DNA of 29,330 nucleotides from Opitutia bacterium (GCA_050506795.1 JBJHCF010000014.1:68445-97774), one strand, 5' to 3'. Numbered from the stretch's first letter, positions 9,627 through 19,259 are shown. The notes: generated by a model from the sequence alone, not told the origin. Program-made: numbers and translations.

Positions 9627-10424
9627 ATGAAACACAGAACCCCGTTTTCTCGATTGGCAGTTCCGTTTGCCGACTTTCGAACAGACTATTCCCCGGCGGC
9701 ATCCTCTGGTAGTCGGCGGCATCCAAGTACGTTTGGGTTTAGAAGGCCTAATCGACACGGTTTTACCCTGATCGAATTGCTTACTGTGATTGCAATTATC
9801 GCGATCCTGGCAGCCATATTGATTCCGGTTGTGTCATCAGTACGTAACTCTGCGAGAACTGCACAAGCAACCAGTAATGTTCGCGAGATTGGCACCCTGA
9901 CTCATCTTTATATGGATGAGAATAATGGTCGGCTTCCAAGCGACCTCTTCAATAATGCCAATGCGAGACCATGGATCAACGACCTTTGGAATATCGCCTA
10001 TCCAGGCCGTGCTTTTCCGGAAGGATTTGGTGCCGGTGGCCATGGAAGAGTATTGCGTGATACGGTCTTTTACACACCGCTCCTGGAAGAGGAAGCGGCT
10101 GACGGGGGAATTCCGAGAAGCTTCGGCTGGAGCGTTTCACTGCGGCTTAACACTGCCGGGAGTGTTGCTCAAGACAGATTTCATGGACATATTTCCAAGG
10201 TCCACAATCCGTCATTGACGGTTGCTTTATCCGATAGCATGAGCTCGAGTAATATCCGCGCCGGCAGTCCCCAGATAAATTTCCGCAATAATGGCCGGGC
10301 GCTTTTTCTCTTTCTTGACGGCCACGTGGAGTCGCTCAGGCCCGATCAGGTTCCTGAGAATGAGAACCACTTTTTTTGGGGCGGGACAGAAGGTGATGTA
10401 AGCGCTCCGACCCCGCGCCGATGA
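9627..10424 (+). CDS. Prepilin-type N-terminal cleavage/methylation protein (paralog 2)
   Basis: Same architecture as 4071..4865; the mature N-terminal ~58 aa and most of the C-terminal part are identical to it. Confidence 0.92.
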   Translation: MKHRTPFSRLAVPFADFRTDYSPAASSGSRRHPSTFGFRRPNRHGFTLIELLTVIAIIAILAAILIPVVSSVRNSARTAQATSNVREIGTLTHLYMDENNGRLPSDLFNNANARPWINDLWNIAYPGRAFPEGFGAGGHGRVLRDTVFYTPLLEEEAADGGIPRSFGWSVSLRLNTAGSVAQDRFHGHISKVHNPSLTVALSDSMSSSNIRAGSPQINFRNNGRALFLFLDGHVESLRPDQVPENENHFFWGGTEGDVSAPTPRR

Positions 10425-10491
10425 GTTTCGAGCCAGACAGTTGAGGAGGTAGGAGTTTCACCGATGTGCCCCCTTGAGAGCCTCCCCGAAA

Positions 10492-10746
10492 ATGTTTGAC
10501 TTTATGGATGCGCACTTGGATGGCGCCGATACCGTTCCGGAGGATGATGCCGATGTGGACTGGGACGTGGCTGCCAGCGGCCTCACCGGCGTTCAACAGG
10601 ATCGGATTTCCCTGACAATTCGAGCGGGAACGGTCGAGCTGGATGAACTGCGGGTGAGTTCGACCTGGAAGGGAGCGGTGATCGAGGACCAAGCGCTCGA
10701 TCGCAACTTCATGCGGGTACGGCTGACCCAGATTACAGAGGATTAG
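10492..10746 (+). pseudogene. Internally deleted remnant of a duplicate of gene 4963..6807
   Basis: FDF....LDGA (matches ~5056-5089) joined directly to DTVPEDDADV...RNFMRVRLTQI (matches 6592-6807); no signal peptide. Confidence 0.9.
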
Positions 10747-10845
10747 GAAGAGGAGGAGGACGACGAGGGGTAGGGAATAGTTGAATGTAACGATTTTGAG
10801 AGGGGCTCCAGGTCCGCACGCGAACGGACGCCCCCGGCAACGCTA

Positions 10846-13800
10846 ATGTTTTGTGATAAGAGGCCTATGTTTAGATATCCAATGTTCCGCAAGCGATCGA
10901 AGTTCTTTCTCCTCGGCCTGGCGTTCTCGTTAGGCGTCGGATGCCCGGCGGCGTTGGCGGGTTCCCTTGAAGACGGCTTTCGTAATCCCTCCGATACCGC
11001 CCGCCCCCATACATGGTGGCATTGGATGAACGGGCATGTTTCGAGCGAAGGGATTACTCGCGAGCTTGAGGCGATGAAGGAGGCGGGGCTGGGCGGTTTC
11101 ACGCTCTTTAACGCCAGCGAGGGCACCCCGGCGGCGGGGCCGGTGGATTATTTGAGCGAGGAATGGTGGGCGTTGCTCGAGCATACGATGCGGGAGGCGG
11201 ACCGGCTCGGCCTCGAGATGGGAATCCATAATTCCGCCGGATGGGCCACCACCGGGGGTCCGTGGGTGACGCCCGAGTTGGCGATGCAGGAGGTGGTTTG
11301 GACCGAGAAGCGGGTTGCGGGTCCGGCGACCTTCGACGGAGTGCTCGAAATACCCGAGCCGGCGCTGGGCATCGAGCGGGATATGGCGCGCGATCCCGAG
11401 GTGAACCAGAGGTATTATGTGCCGAGGGAGAAAGTGCGCGGTTATTATCGGGATATCGCTCTATTCGCGTTCCCGACGCTAGGTTCGGACGTAAGTGGCA
11501 GGCCGTTTCGGCTGGAGAACTGGCGTCCGAAGGCTGGCTTCGCGAAATTGAGAGGTGGGTACTCTCCCGATGACCGTCTGGCGCCGGTCGAAGACCGAAT
11601 CGATCCGAGTGAAATGATAGAGCTGACCTCCCGGCTCGACAGCGACGGACGGCTCGTGTGGGACGTGCCGCCGGGAGATTGGACGCTGCTTCGTATTGGC
11701 TATCAGCCCACCGGCCGGCAAAACCATCCGGCGCCCGTGGGCGGGCGGGGATTGGAGATCGACAAGCTTTCAGCCGCCGCGGTCGATCATCACTGGAGCA
11801 ACTCGATCGCGAAGATCATCCACGCCGCGGACGATAATGCGGGCGGGGCGTTCAATGCCGTCTTGATCGACAGCTATGAAGTGGGGCACCAAAACTGGAA
11901 TCATTCCATTGCTCAGGATTTTCGCCATCAGCGGGGTTACGACCTGACCGGCTATCTCCCCGCTCTGACCGGCCGCGTTGTCGGCGATGTGGAAACGACC
12001 GAGCGGTTTCTGTGGGATTTTCGCAAGACGATCAACGATTTGATGGTGCGTAACTACTTTGGCCGTTTTGCTGAGCTTAGTCGCGGAAGCGGTCTGACGT
12101 TTTCGGCGCAAACTTATGGAATATACGGCAACTTCGACGATTTTCTCGCATCCGGCGTCCCGGATCGGCCCATGACGGAGTGGTGGGCCTTTCGTAACAG
12201 TCCCTATTACGCCGTGACGGCGAAGATGTCCTCTTCCGCGGCGAACACTTACGGGCGGAAAATCGTCGACTCCGAAGCCTTTACCGGCCCGCCGGACAGC
12301 ATATTTGAAGAGCATCCGTACAGCTTGAAGGCGCAGGGAGATTACTTCTTCACCCTGGGTGTGAACCGGTACACGTTCCACACGTTCGTACACGATCCTT
12401 ACAATGTGCCGCCCGGCATCGGGCTGGGCACCTACGGATCGCGCTTCGATTCACGCAATACGTGGTGGCCTTATGCGCGAGCATGGACGGATTACGTCGC
12501 CCGCTGTCAGCATATGCTCCAGGAAGGCCGTTTTGTGGCGGATCTCCTCTATTTTACCGGCGAAGATGCCCCGCAGGAAGGGACGCCACGGGACGGGCTC
12601 GTTCCGCCTCCGCTCGCCGGTTTCGATTACGATTTCGGAACGCGGGAGATTCTGGAGCGAATCGAGGTCCGCGATGGGCATCTGGAGCTTCCGAGCGGAA
12701 TGAGCTATCGCGTGCTGGTCCTGCCCGACTCCCCGCACATGCGCCCGGATGTTTTGCGCACCATCGAAGAACTGGTGGCTGCCGGTGCGGTTGTCGTGGG
12801 ACCGAAGCCGGAACGGGTGCCCGGATTGGAAGGGGGAGTGGAGGCCGAGGAGAAACTCCTGCGGTTGGCGGATCGTTTGTGGGGAGAAAGTGACGGAGAG
12901 CCGGTCACGGTGAGCCGTTATGGAGAGGGACGCATCCACCGGGGAGCGCCGCTGGAGTCGATCCTTGCCGAAATGGAGTTGAAGCCCGACTTTTCCTTCG
13001 AGCTCCTGAGCGAAGGCGACTTCGGAGAAACCCAGTATCCCGGGGACGGCGTGGAATACATTCATCGCCGTGCCGATGACGCCGACTATTATTTTGTCAG
13101 CAATCAGCATCACAAGCCGAAGCGGATTGAAGCGACCTTCCGAATCTCCGGGCGGTTGCCGGAGTTGTGGCACCCGGATACGGGTCGAACGGAGATTGCG
13201 CCCCGGTTTCGCGACACGGGGGACGGGCGGACGGCGGTGACGCTCGACCTGGATCCCGCGGGCTCTCTTTTCGTCGTCTTCCGGCGCCCCATCGAAGGGC
13301 ATTCCGGAGTTGTGGCGGTGGAAGGAGGCGACGGCGGTTCCAATGACGTGTGCCTGCGACGAAACGGGGAAACCCTGGTTTTGCGGAGCCGTGAGCCGGG
13401 CGATTTCCAGGTAACGATGGAGGGAGGCCAGGTCAAACAGGCAACGGTTGCCTCGGTTCCCGCTCCGGTGGATTTATCCGGCCCGTGGGAAGTGTCGTTT
13501 CCGGAGGGATGGGGCGCACCCGAACGGATTGAAATACCCGAACTCATTTGCTGGACCGGGCATGAGGATTACGACGTGCGGCATTTTTCGGGAACGGCGA
13601 CCTATCGCAAGGAGTTGGACCTTCATGACGATCTGTTCAAAGACGACGTGGTATTGACCCTCGATCTGGGCGCAGTGGAGGTTCTGGCCGAGGTGTGGGT
13701 GAATGGCAGGAATCTCGGTGTCTTATGGAAGCAACCTTACGCGGTGGAGGTCACCGATGCGCTGCAACCCGGAAACAATGACATGGAGATCCGCGTGACG

Positions 13801-14076
13801 AACCTGTGGGTCAACCGGATTTTGGGGGACAGGCGCTACCCGGATGACTTGGAATGGACCGGGGATACCGGTTCGACGGCGAGAGGCGAAGGGTTGGCGG
13901 AATTTCCCGACTGGGTGATCGACGGTACAGCGCGTCCTGCATCGGAGCGCAAAACCTTTGTCACCTGGCGCTGGCCGCACATGGAAGACAAAGAGCTGCT
14001 GCCGTCCGGCCTTCTCGGCCCGGTCCGGGTGATCGCCGAGATCGAAGCGGAGGTCAATCGAGAGGAATCGCGATAA
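10846..14076 (+). CDS. GH106 alpha-L-rhamnosidase-like glycoside hydrolase (start may be 10867 or 10882)
   Basis: Signal peptide, ARPHTWWHWMNGH..EGITRELEAMKEAGLGG, LEIDKLS, LIDSYE, DSEAFT and C-terminal LDLG.V...AEVWVNG...LLPSGLLGPV. Confidence 0.92.
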   Translation: MFCDKRPMFRYPMFRKRSKFFLLGLAFSLGVGCPAALAGSLEDGFRNPSDTARPHTWWHWMNGHVSSEGITRELEAMKEAGLGGFTLFNASEGTPAAGPVDYLSEEWWALLEHTMREADRLGLEMGIHNSAGWATTGGPWVTPELAMQEVVWTEKRVAGPATFDGVLEIPEPALGIERDMARDPEVNQRYYVPREKVRGYYRDIALFAFPTLGSDVSGRPFRLENWRPKAGFAKLRGGYSPDDRLAPVEDRIDPSEMIELTSRLDSDGRLVWDVPPGDWTLLRIGYQPTGRQNHPAPVGGRGLEIDKLSAAAVDHHWSNSIAKIIHAADDNAGGAFNAVLIDSYEVGHQNWNHSIAQDFRHQRGYDLTGYLPALTGRVVGDVETTERFLWDFRKTINDLMVRNYFGRFAELSRGSGLTFSAQTYGIYGNFDDFLASGVPDRPMTEWWAFRNSPYYAVTAKMSSSAANTYGRKIVDSEAFTGPPDSIFEEHPYSLKAQGDYFFTLGVNRYTFHTFVHDPYNVPPGIGLGTYGSRFDSRNTWWPYARAWTDYVARCQHMLQEGRFVADLLYFTGEDAPQEGTPRDGLVPPPLAGFDYDFGTREILERIEVRDGHLELPSGMSYRVLVLPDSPHMRPDVLRTIEELVAAGAVVVGPKPERVPGLEGGVEAEEKLLRLADRLWGESDGEPVTVSRYGEGRIHRGAPLESILAEMELKPDFSFELLSEGDFGETQYPGDGVEYIHRRADDADYYFVSNQHHKPKRIEATFRISGRLPELWHPDTGRTEIAPRFRDTGDGRTAVTLDLDPAGSLFVVFRRPIEGHSGVVAVEGGDGGSNDVCLRRNGETLVLRSREPGDFQVTMEGGQVKQATVASVPAPVDLSGPWEVSFPEGWGAPERIEIPELICWTGHEDYDVRHFSGTATYRKELDLHDDLFKDDVVLTLDLGAVEVLAEVWVNGRNLGVLWKQPYAVEVTDALQPGNNDMEIRVTNLWVNRILGDRRYPDDLEWTGDTGSTARGEGLAEFPDWVIDGTARPASERKTFVTWRWPHMEDKELLPSGLLGPVRVIAEIEAEVNREESR

Positions 14077-14116
14077 ACCGCGTTTGGGGAACCAAACCCG
14101 CATCCCGGAAACGAAT

Positions 14117-14420
14117 ATGCATAGAACGTTCTTTAGCCGTTATTCTTTAGAGCATAACCGGACTCGGTCCATGGTAAGCTTTCTTCTTGGTCTTCGGGAG
14201 CGCGTTTGGCGCCGGGTTTTTTTCCCTGTCAGCGCGCACAAGCGAACGGTGCCGAGACCGGCAATGGCCGTTCTCGTTGCCGGCCTCGCTTTGAGCGGGA
14301 GCGTGAGCGCTGAAAGCGGTGGGGCGTCGTTTTCCGTGGAGGAGCAAGACGGTATTGTTCGGATCGCTACCGATCATTATACGATTCATGTGGAGCTCGA
14401 CGGCTTCCGCTACTCTTTCC
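14117..14420 (+). pseudogene. N-terminal fragment of a secreted protein resembling the start of the GH31 gene
   Basis: Signal peptide ending SVSA, then YTIHVELDGFRYSF, similar to YQLSVETKAFRFSF of 6962..9265; the ORF ends soon after. Confidence 0.55.
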
Positions 14421-14504
14421 CCCGTCATGGCTTTGCCGCGGTCAATGTCGAACCGAAGAAGAAGATCGTAAGGGTGCTGCCGGATGAGAATGCCCAGGGA
14501 GCCG

Positions 14505-14648
14505 GAGCGCGCCCCGGAGGAACTGTATGACTTGAGAAAAGACCCGTATGAAACGCACAACGTCGCGGATCACCCGCATTATCAGGAAGTGCTGGAGGGA
14601 CTCCGGGAGCGCCTGCGGCACTGGTCGCGCGAAACCGGCGATCCGGGA
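14505..14648 (+). pseudogene. Sulfatase C-terminal fragment
   Basis: RAPEELYDLRKDPYETHNVADHPHYQEVLEGLRERLRHWSRETGDP, with no upstream catalytic domain. Confidence 0.85.
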
Positions 14649-15075
14649 CAATCACTTCGAGGCGAGCTACTTCCCGCATTCATCCACCTTTGGCGGATTC
14701 ACAATCAACACCTATCTCGGAGCCGGAGGAGCCGATACGGGAGCCGAAGATCGCGCGATCCGGAACCTTGTGATCCGTGACAACACGTTTATCGATCCGG
14801 GCCGCGGAGCTCTTTGGTTGAGCAATGTGACGGATGTCGAGATTGCGGGGAACACGATCACGGCTCTGGAATCGACGCCGCTTTACGATGGAACCGGCCG
14901 AGGGATCTGGTTGGAGAACAGCACAGGGATCGTGATCAACGGGCTCAAACTGACCGACCCGAGGCCTTCGATCACCGGAGGTATTGTGATTGAAGCGGAT
15001 GTCGGGACCGTCGACTTGGTCGATCTCGAGTTTGAGTTGGCTCCCGGAAACGAGGAAATCGTCGATCATCGATAG
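14641..15075 (+). pseudogene. C-terminal fragment of a right-handed beta-helix protein
   Basis: IRDN repeats; NLVIRDN..ALWL..V.IAGNTIT..GIWL..I.INGLKLTDPRP..GGI parallels the C-terminus of 15344..17338. Confidence 0.75.
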
Positions 15076-15208
15076 GGAGGGGTGAGGTGATTCAGGATGA
15101 GTTCCCTCACCGGAACTTGATACAGCTAATAATTATGCAGGTTTGCTGTGCGGAGGGACTTGAAGGTGCTTGAAAATAAATGCGGACGAGACAGGCGAAT
15201 GGTCGGCG

Positions 15209-15273
15209 TGACGCAAATTCGAAAAAACATTCCGTAATTTCAGATAGCATCGGAATGGTCTTATCGGTAGGGT
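15209..15273 (+). promoter_or_regulatory. Conserved activator site + promoter, copy 3
   Basis: TGACGCAAATTC-GAAAAAACA-TTCCGTAATTTC-AGA-TAGCAT-17bp-TAGGGT. Confidence 0.85.
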
Positions 15274-15343
15274 GTCGAAGGGTTTTACCAAAAAAGAACC
15301 CGGAGAATGTATTCTGCCTCATATATAGCTCGAATCCGTTTGC

Positions 15344-17338
15344 ATGAAGATAATATCTCGCTTTTCCTGTCCGGTGAGCCCAGGTTCCGGGCCTGAGTCC
15401 AATTCTATATCACCGGCATTTTCAGGCGGTCGTGGACAACTCGGAGACGAAAACCGGGGAAACCATGGGCAACCCGGATTCACATTGGCCGAATTGCTCA
15501 CCGTGATCGGGGTCATCGGGATCTTCGCGGCCATATTGATCCTTGTTGTACGGAGTCTCGTTTATCCCTCTGAAACATTGAACGAGGGGGCCGTTACTCA
15601 TAGCCACGAGGGAGCCGAAGAGCCGTTTGACGTCGAAATCCACGTGAGCGATTTCGACGCGGTCGGTGACGGGGTGACGGATGACGGGCCTGCCATCGAA
15701 AGCGCGATCGAACATGCGTTGGCCACTCCCGGAGAGAGGCGAAGAGTGGTGTTTGACGAGAAGACTTACTTCGTCGGTGAGAGAATGGACCGCTGGCCCT
15801 ATTTCATCATTCGACAGCAGGAAGGATTGGTCATTGACGGCAATGGGGCGGAGCTTCTCTTTTCGCCTGCGCAGACCCCCTTCCGGATCGAGGATTCTCA
15901 AAACATCACGATCCGGAATATGCGGGTCGATTATGTCGAGCCCACCTACATGCAGGGACGGGTTGTCAAGGTGGATTCGGGTGGCTCGGGGTTTTCATTC
16001 GATGTTCAGGTTGATGAAGGCTATCCCTCGCCCCCGACGGGAGATAATATTGAAGGCGGTGGGGGGCGTCACGGCCTTGTCTTCGAGCCGGACCGGTATC
16101 ACCGAAAAGTGGCCTGCGGCAGTCACTTCAAAGTGGACTCGATCGCGAGCGCCGGCGAAGGGGTCTATCGCTTTTATCCGGCTGCACGGTATCCCCGGAT
16201 CCACAACATCGAAATCGGTGACCGCGTCACCCATGGCGGGCTCTTTCTGAAGCTTCCCCAGGAGTACCGCACAAATCAACGCTATGCCCAGGGGCGAATG
16301 TTCGCCTTTCAGATTGAGCGCAGCGCTGACATCCTGATTGAGGACGTGGCCCTTTACGCCACGGTAACGATGGCGTTCAACCTGATCGATAACCAGGGGG
16401 ATGTTGTGTTTCGCCGGACGGAGTTACGGCGGCGGCCGGGGTCCGACCGGCTGCTTGCTTCCTTATCGGACGGGATTCATTCGAGGAACAGCAGGGGCGC
16501 GGTGATTTTGGACGAGTGTTTCCTGGAGGCGGCGGGGGACGACCTGTTTGCCGTGACAGCGGATGAAGGGAGCGTGCTGGAAGTCAACGGGCCGAGCACG
16601 CTTGTGGTTCGCGGCAGCCGGGGAGCCGCGGTGAGGATTCACGACCGGCTATGGTTTCGCAACCCCGACGGCGACCTGGGCATGCGCACGGTTAGCCGGG
16701 TCGAGGATGGCGGCGGGGGCAGCGCGAACGTTACCCTCGACCAACCCATCGAAGGGGTGCAGCCAGGGACGACCACTTTTTTGAATCTGAATGAGACGGC
16801 AAGGGGAACGACCGTCCGCGACACGACCTTTCAGCCGGTGATGCGGCAGGCAATGCAGATCCGCAGGGTGACGGACGTCTCGATTGAGCGAAACGAGGTA
16901 AACGGATACGGCGGCGAGGTGGGCGTGGCCCTTGGCTCGCCGATGCCGGAGACTCTCCGCGTCCAGGGAAACCGTCTTCAGAATCTCGGGCTGTGGGGGA
17001 TCCGGGTGGGAGCGGATCTCTCCGACCGGGCGGTCGGAAATGTGGTTATCCAGGATAATGAGGTATCCATGCGTGACGGACATGCCCTCTACATTCATCG
17101 AAACATGGATGGAGTCGCGATCGCCGACAATCAGGTCACCATCGATGAGGGATCAACCCAGCACGGAATTTATATTACGGACTGCTTTGACATCACGATA
17201 GACGGACTCGTGCTGACCGACCGGAGGCCCGCGGCCGAGGCCGGCATTTTTTTTCTACGGGTGGATCCTTCGGAGGTTGTTCTCCGGAATATCGAGGCGG
17301 ACTTGGCGACCGGCGTGCCGGTTCACGTATTCAGATGA
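15344..17338 (+). CDS. Prepilin-like N-terminus fused to a right-handed beta-helix (GH110-like) domain
   Basis: 45-aa leader, then G|FTLAELLTVIGVIGIFAAILIL. Then VSDFDAVGDGVTDDGPAIESAI, IDGNGAEL, ITIRNMRVDY..P.YMQG.V and SDGIHS...AAGDDLFAV. Confidence 0.8.
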   Translation: MKIISRFSCPVSPGSGPESNSISPAFSGGRGQLGDENRGNHGQPGFTLAELLTVIGVIGIFAAILILVVRSLVYPSETLNEGAVTHSHEGAEEPFDVEIHVSDFDAVGDGVTDDGPAIESAIEHALATPGERRRVVFDEKTYFVGERMDRWPYFIIRQQEGLVIDGNGAELLFSPAQTPFRIEDSQNITIRNMRVDYVEPTYMQGRVVKVDSGGSGFSFDVQVDEGYPSPPTGDNIEGGGGRHGLVFEPDRYHRKVACGSHFKVDSIASAGEGVYRFYPAARYPRIHNIEIGDRVTHGGLFLKLPQEYRTNQRYAQGRMFAFQIERSADILIEDVALYATVTMAFNLIDNQGDVVFRRTELRRRPGSDRLLASLSDGIHSRNSRGAVILDECFLEAAGDDLFAVTADEGSVLEVNGPSTLVVRGSRGAAVRIHDRLWFRNPDGDLGMRTVSRVEDGGGGSANVTLDQPIEGVQPGTTTFLNLNETARGTTVRDTTFQPVMRQAMQIRRVTDVSIERNEVNGYGGEVGVALGSPMPETLRVQGNRLQNLGLWGIRVGADLSDRAVGNVVIQDNEVSMRDGHALYIHRNMDGVAIADNQVTIDEGSTQHGIYITDCFDITIDGLVLTDRRPAAEAGIFFLRVDPSEVVLRNIEADLATGVPVHVFR

Positions 17339-17403
17339 ACGGATTCTCTCGAAAAATACGCCATAGGGCATCCCCGTTCGGCGCCGCGGGAGCAGTGAAA
17401 GGG

Positions 17404-17673
17404 ATGGATCTTTTTCTTTTTCTCGGCCAGTCGAACATGCGCGGCCGGGGAAATCTGCAACCCGAGACGTGCGGGAGCAAGCGAATTGTCATGCTGCACC
17501 TGGAGGACGACCGGTGGTATTTGGCGCAGGATCCATTGCACGCCCGATCACCGGTTCCTTCTCCTGAGGAACGTGACAACGCCGGGGTTGGTCCCGGAAT
17601 GTCGTTTGCGAAGAAGGCTGCCGATTCGCCGAACAATATTTTGAACTATTCGAATGAAAGGAAAATCCAATAA
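17404..17673 (+). pseudogene. Truncated sialate O-acetylesterase (SASA/DUF303-like) N-terminus
   Basis: DLFLFLGQSNMRGRG, W.LAQDPLH and GVGPGMSFAK are present; the ORF stops before the later QGE and DxxH blocks. Confidence 0.8.
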
Positions 17674-17675
17674 AG

Positions 17676-19259
17676 ATGAGAACCTCGAATATGAATCCAG
17701 TAAAAACTAAAACCGCGATAATCATATCGCTTGCGACACTCGGTTCGATGGCAGGACTGATTCTTTCAGTAGCCGATGCCAACGCCACGGATCGGGAAAG
17801 ACCGAACATGATCGTGATCCTGGCGGACGACCTTGGTATCGGCGACATTGGGGCCTACCGTTCCATGTATCCGGGAGAAGATGACAAGCCCCGCGCCTAT
17901 CGGCACACGTCACAGCTCGATCGGCTTGCCGAGCAGGGGATTCGCTTCACCCGCGCCTATGCGACGAGTTGGTGCGCACCGAGTCGCCAGATGCTGCTGA
18001 GCGGTCAATGGGCCAATCGGACCGACGCTTACGATTATCCGTGGATCGGCGCCATGCTGCGTGAGCAAGGCTACGTTACCGGTATGATCGGCAAATCCCA
18101 CGGCGCCCGTCCCACTCACAAGGTCTTCTCAGACACCGATCCGAAAACGGCCGAGTTCGACGACGGCCTTCTCTTCATTGGGGGTGAGCGGGACTTTTAC
18201 ATGACGCGTGGCGAGACACTCCCGGGCCGGAGGGATTTCGAGGGGGCGCCCTTTACCGCCGAAGGGGGCGAATACCTCACCGATGTCTTCACGGACCGCG
18301 CCGTTGAGTTCATTGATCGGCACGCCGGCGGCGAGCGTCCCTTCATGCTCTACCTGGCTCATCTCGCGCCACATTCGCCGCTCCAGGGGGAGCCCGGGGA
18401 TATGCGCAAGCTCTTCCCCGACATCTTCGGAGACCTGTCAGATGAGGAAATTCGGGCCACCGGTTGGCCCTTGGGGCGGGGCGGCAAATACGAGGCGCAT
18501 CACTACGCCGCCCTGGTTTACTCGCTTGACCGCAGCCTGGCTCGCATCATGGAAGCATTGGAAAAAACCGGTGTTTCGGACAATACGCTTATTATCGTTT
18601 CCAGCGACAACGGTGCGGTCCATGGCTCGAACTACCCGCTTACCGGAAAGAAGTGGGATCTTCTGGAGGGCGGCATCCGCGTGCCCTTTATCGTCTGGTC
18701 GCGGGAGATCGCGAATTCGGCGGCATCCGGATCGATCTATGACGGCCTGGTCTCGCTGGCTGATATTGCTCCGACACTGCTGGCACGGGCGACCAACGAT
18801 GCTTATCCCCAACCGACGGATGGAATTGACTTAATTCCTTACGCCATGGGCGAGCGATCAATGCCCACAGCCCGGCTCTATTTCTGGGCTAATAGGTCGA
18901 TCCGGCAGTTCCTCAACGATTTCGACCTGTTTGAGCCGGAGGGTGAGCATCGGGAAATGGTCCAGTCGGTGTTGATCGAAGACCATCAGAAGCTGTTGCG
19001 CTGGCGGATTCCCGGAACGACGAGGATTGGCGCCGTTCACGTCCGTTTGCCCGACGCCCGGGGTGCTGCCGATCCGGTGGAAGTCCTGCGCGAACGGGTG
19101 CCGCGGGCGGGCGTGCTGCCCGAAGATGAAGCGGGAGGGAGAATGCTTCAAGAATGGCGTCAACTGGTGCTGACCCAAGAGACACTCTTCCCGGAATGGA
19201 CCGGAACCGAGTCGCAGCGCATGAAGGAAACCGAACCGTTTCAGATCAAGAATCACTGA
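17676..19259 (+). CDS. Sulfatase (S1 family, Cys-type)
   Basis: Signal peptide, RPNMIVILADDLG, CAPSR, PFMLYLAHLAPHSP, NTLIIVSSDNG and LEGGIRVPFIV. Confidence 0.92.
   Translation: MRTSNMNPVKTKTAIIISLATLGSMAGLILSVADANATDRERPNMIVILADDLGIGDIGAYRSMYPGEDDKPRAYRHTSQLDRLAEQGIRFTRAYATSWCAPSRQMLLSGQWANRTDAYDYPWIGAMLREQGYVTGMIGKSHGARPTHKVFSDTDPKTAEFDDGLLFIGGERDFYMTRGETLPGRRDFEGAPFTAEGGEYLTDVFTDRAVEFIDRHAGGERPFMLYLAHLAPHSPLQGEPGDMRKLFPDIFGDLSDEEIRATGWPLGRGGKYEAHHYAALVYSLDRSLARIMEALEKTGVSDNTLIIVSSDNGAVHGSNYPLTGKKWDLLEGGIRVPFIVWSREIANSAASGSIYDGLVSLADIAPTLLARATNDAYPQPTDGIDLIPYAMGERSMPTARLYFWANRSIRQFLNDFDLFEPEGEHREMVQSVLIEDHQKLLRWRIPGTTRIGAVHVRLPDARGAADPVEVLRERVPRAGVLPEDEAGGRMLQEWRQLVLTQETLFPEWTGTESQRMKETEPFQIKNH

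Noticed and set aside
10746..10775. Purine-rich GAGGAGGAGGACGACGAG tract as a repeat element
   Set aside because: Short, single, and no complementary arm was seen nearby.
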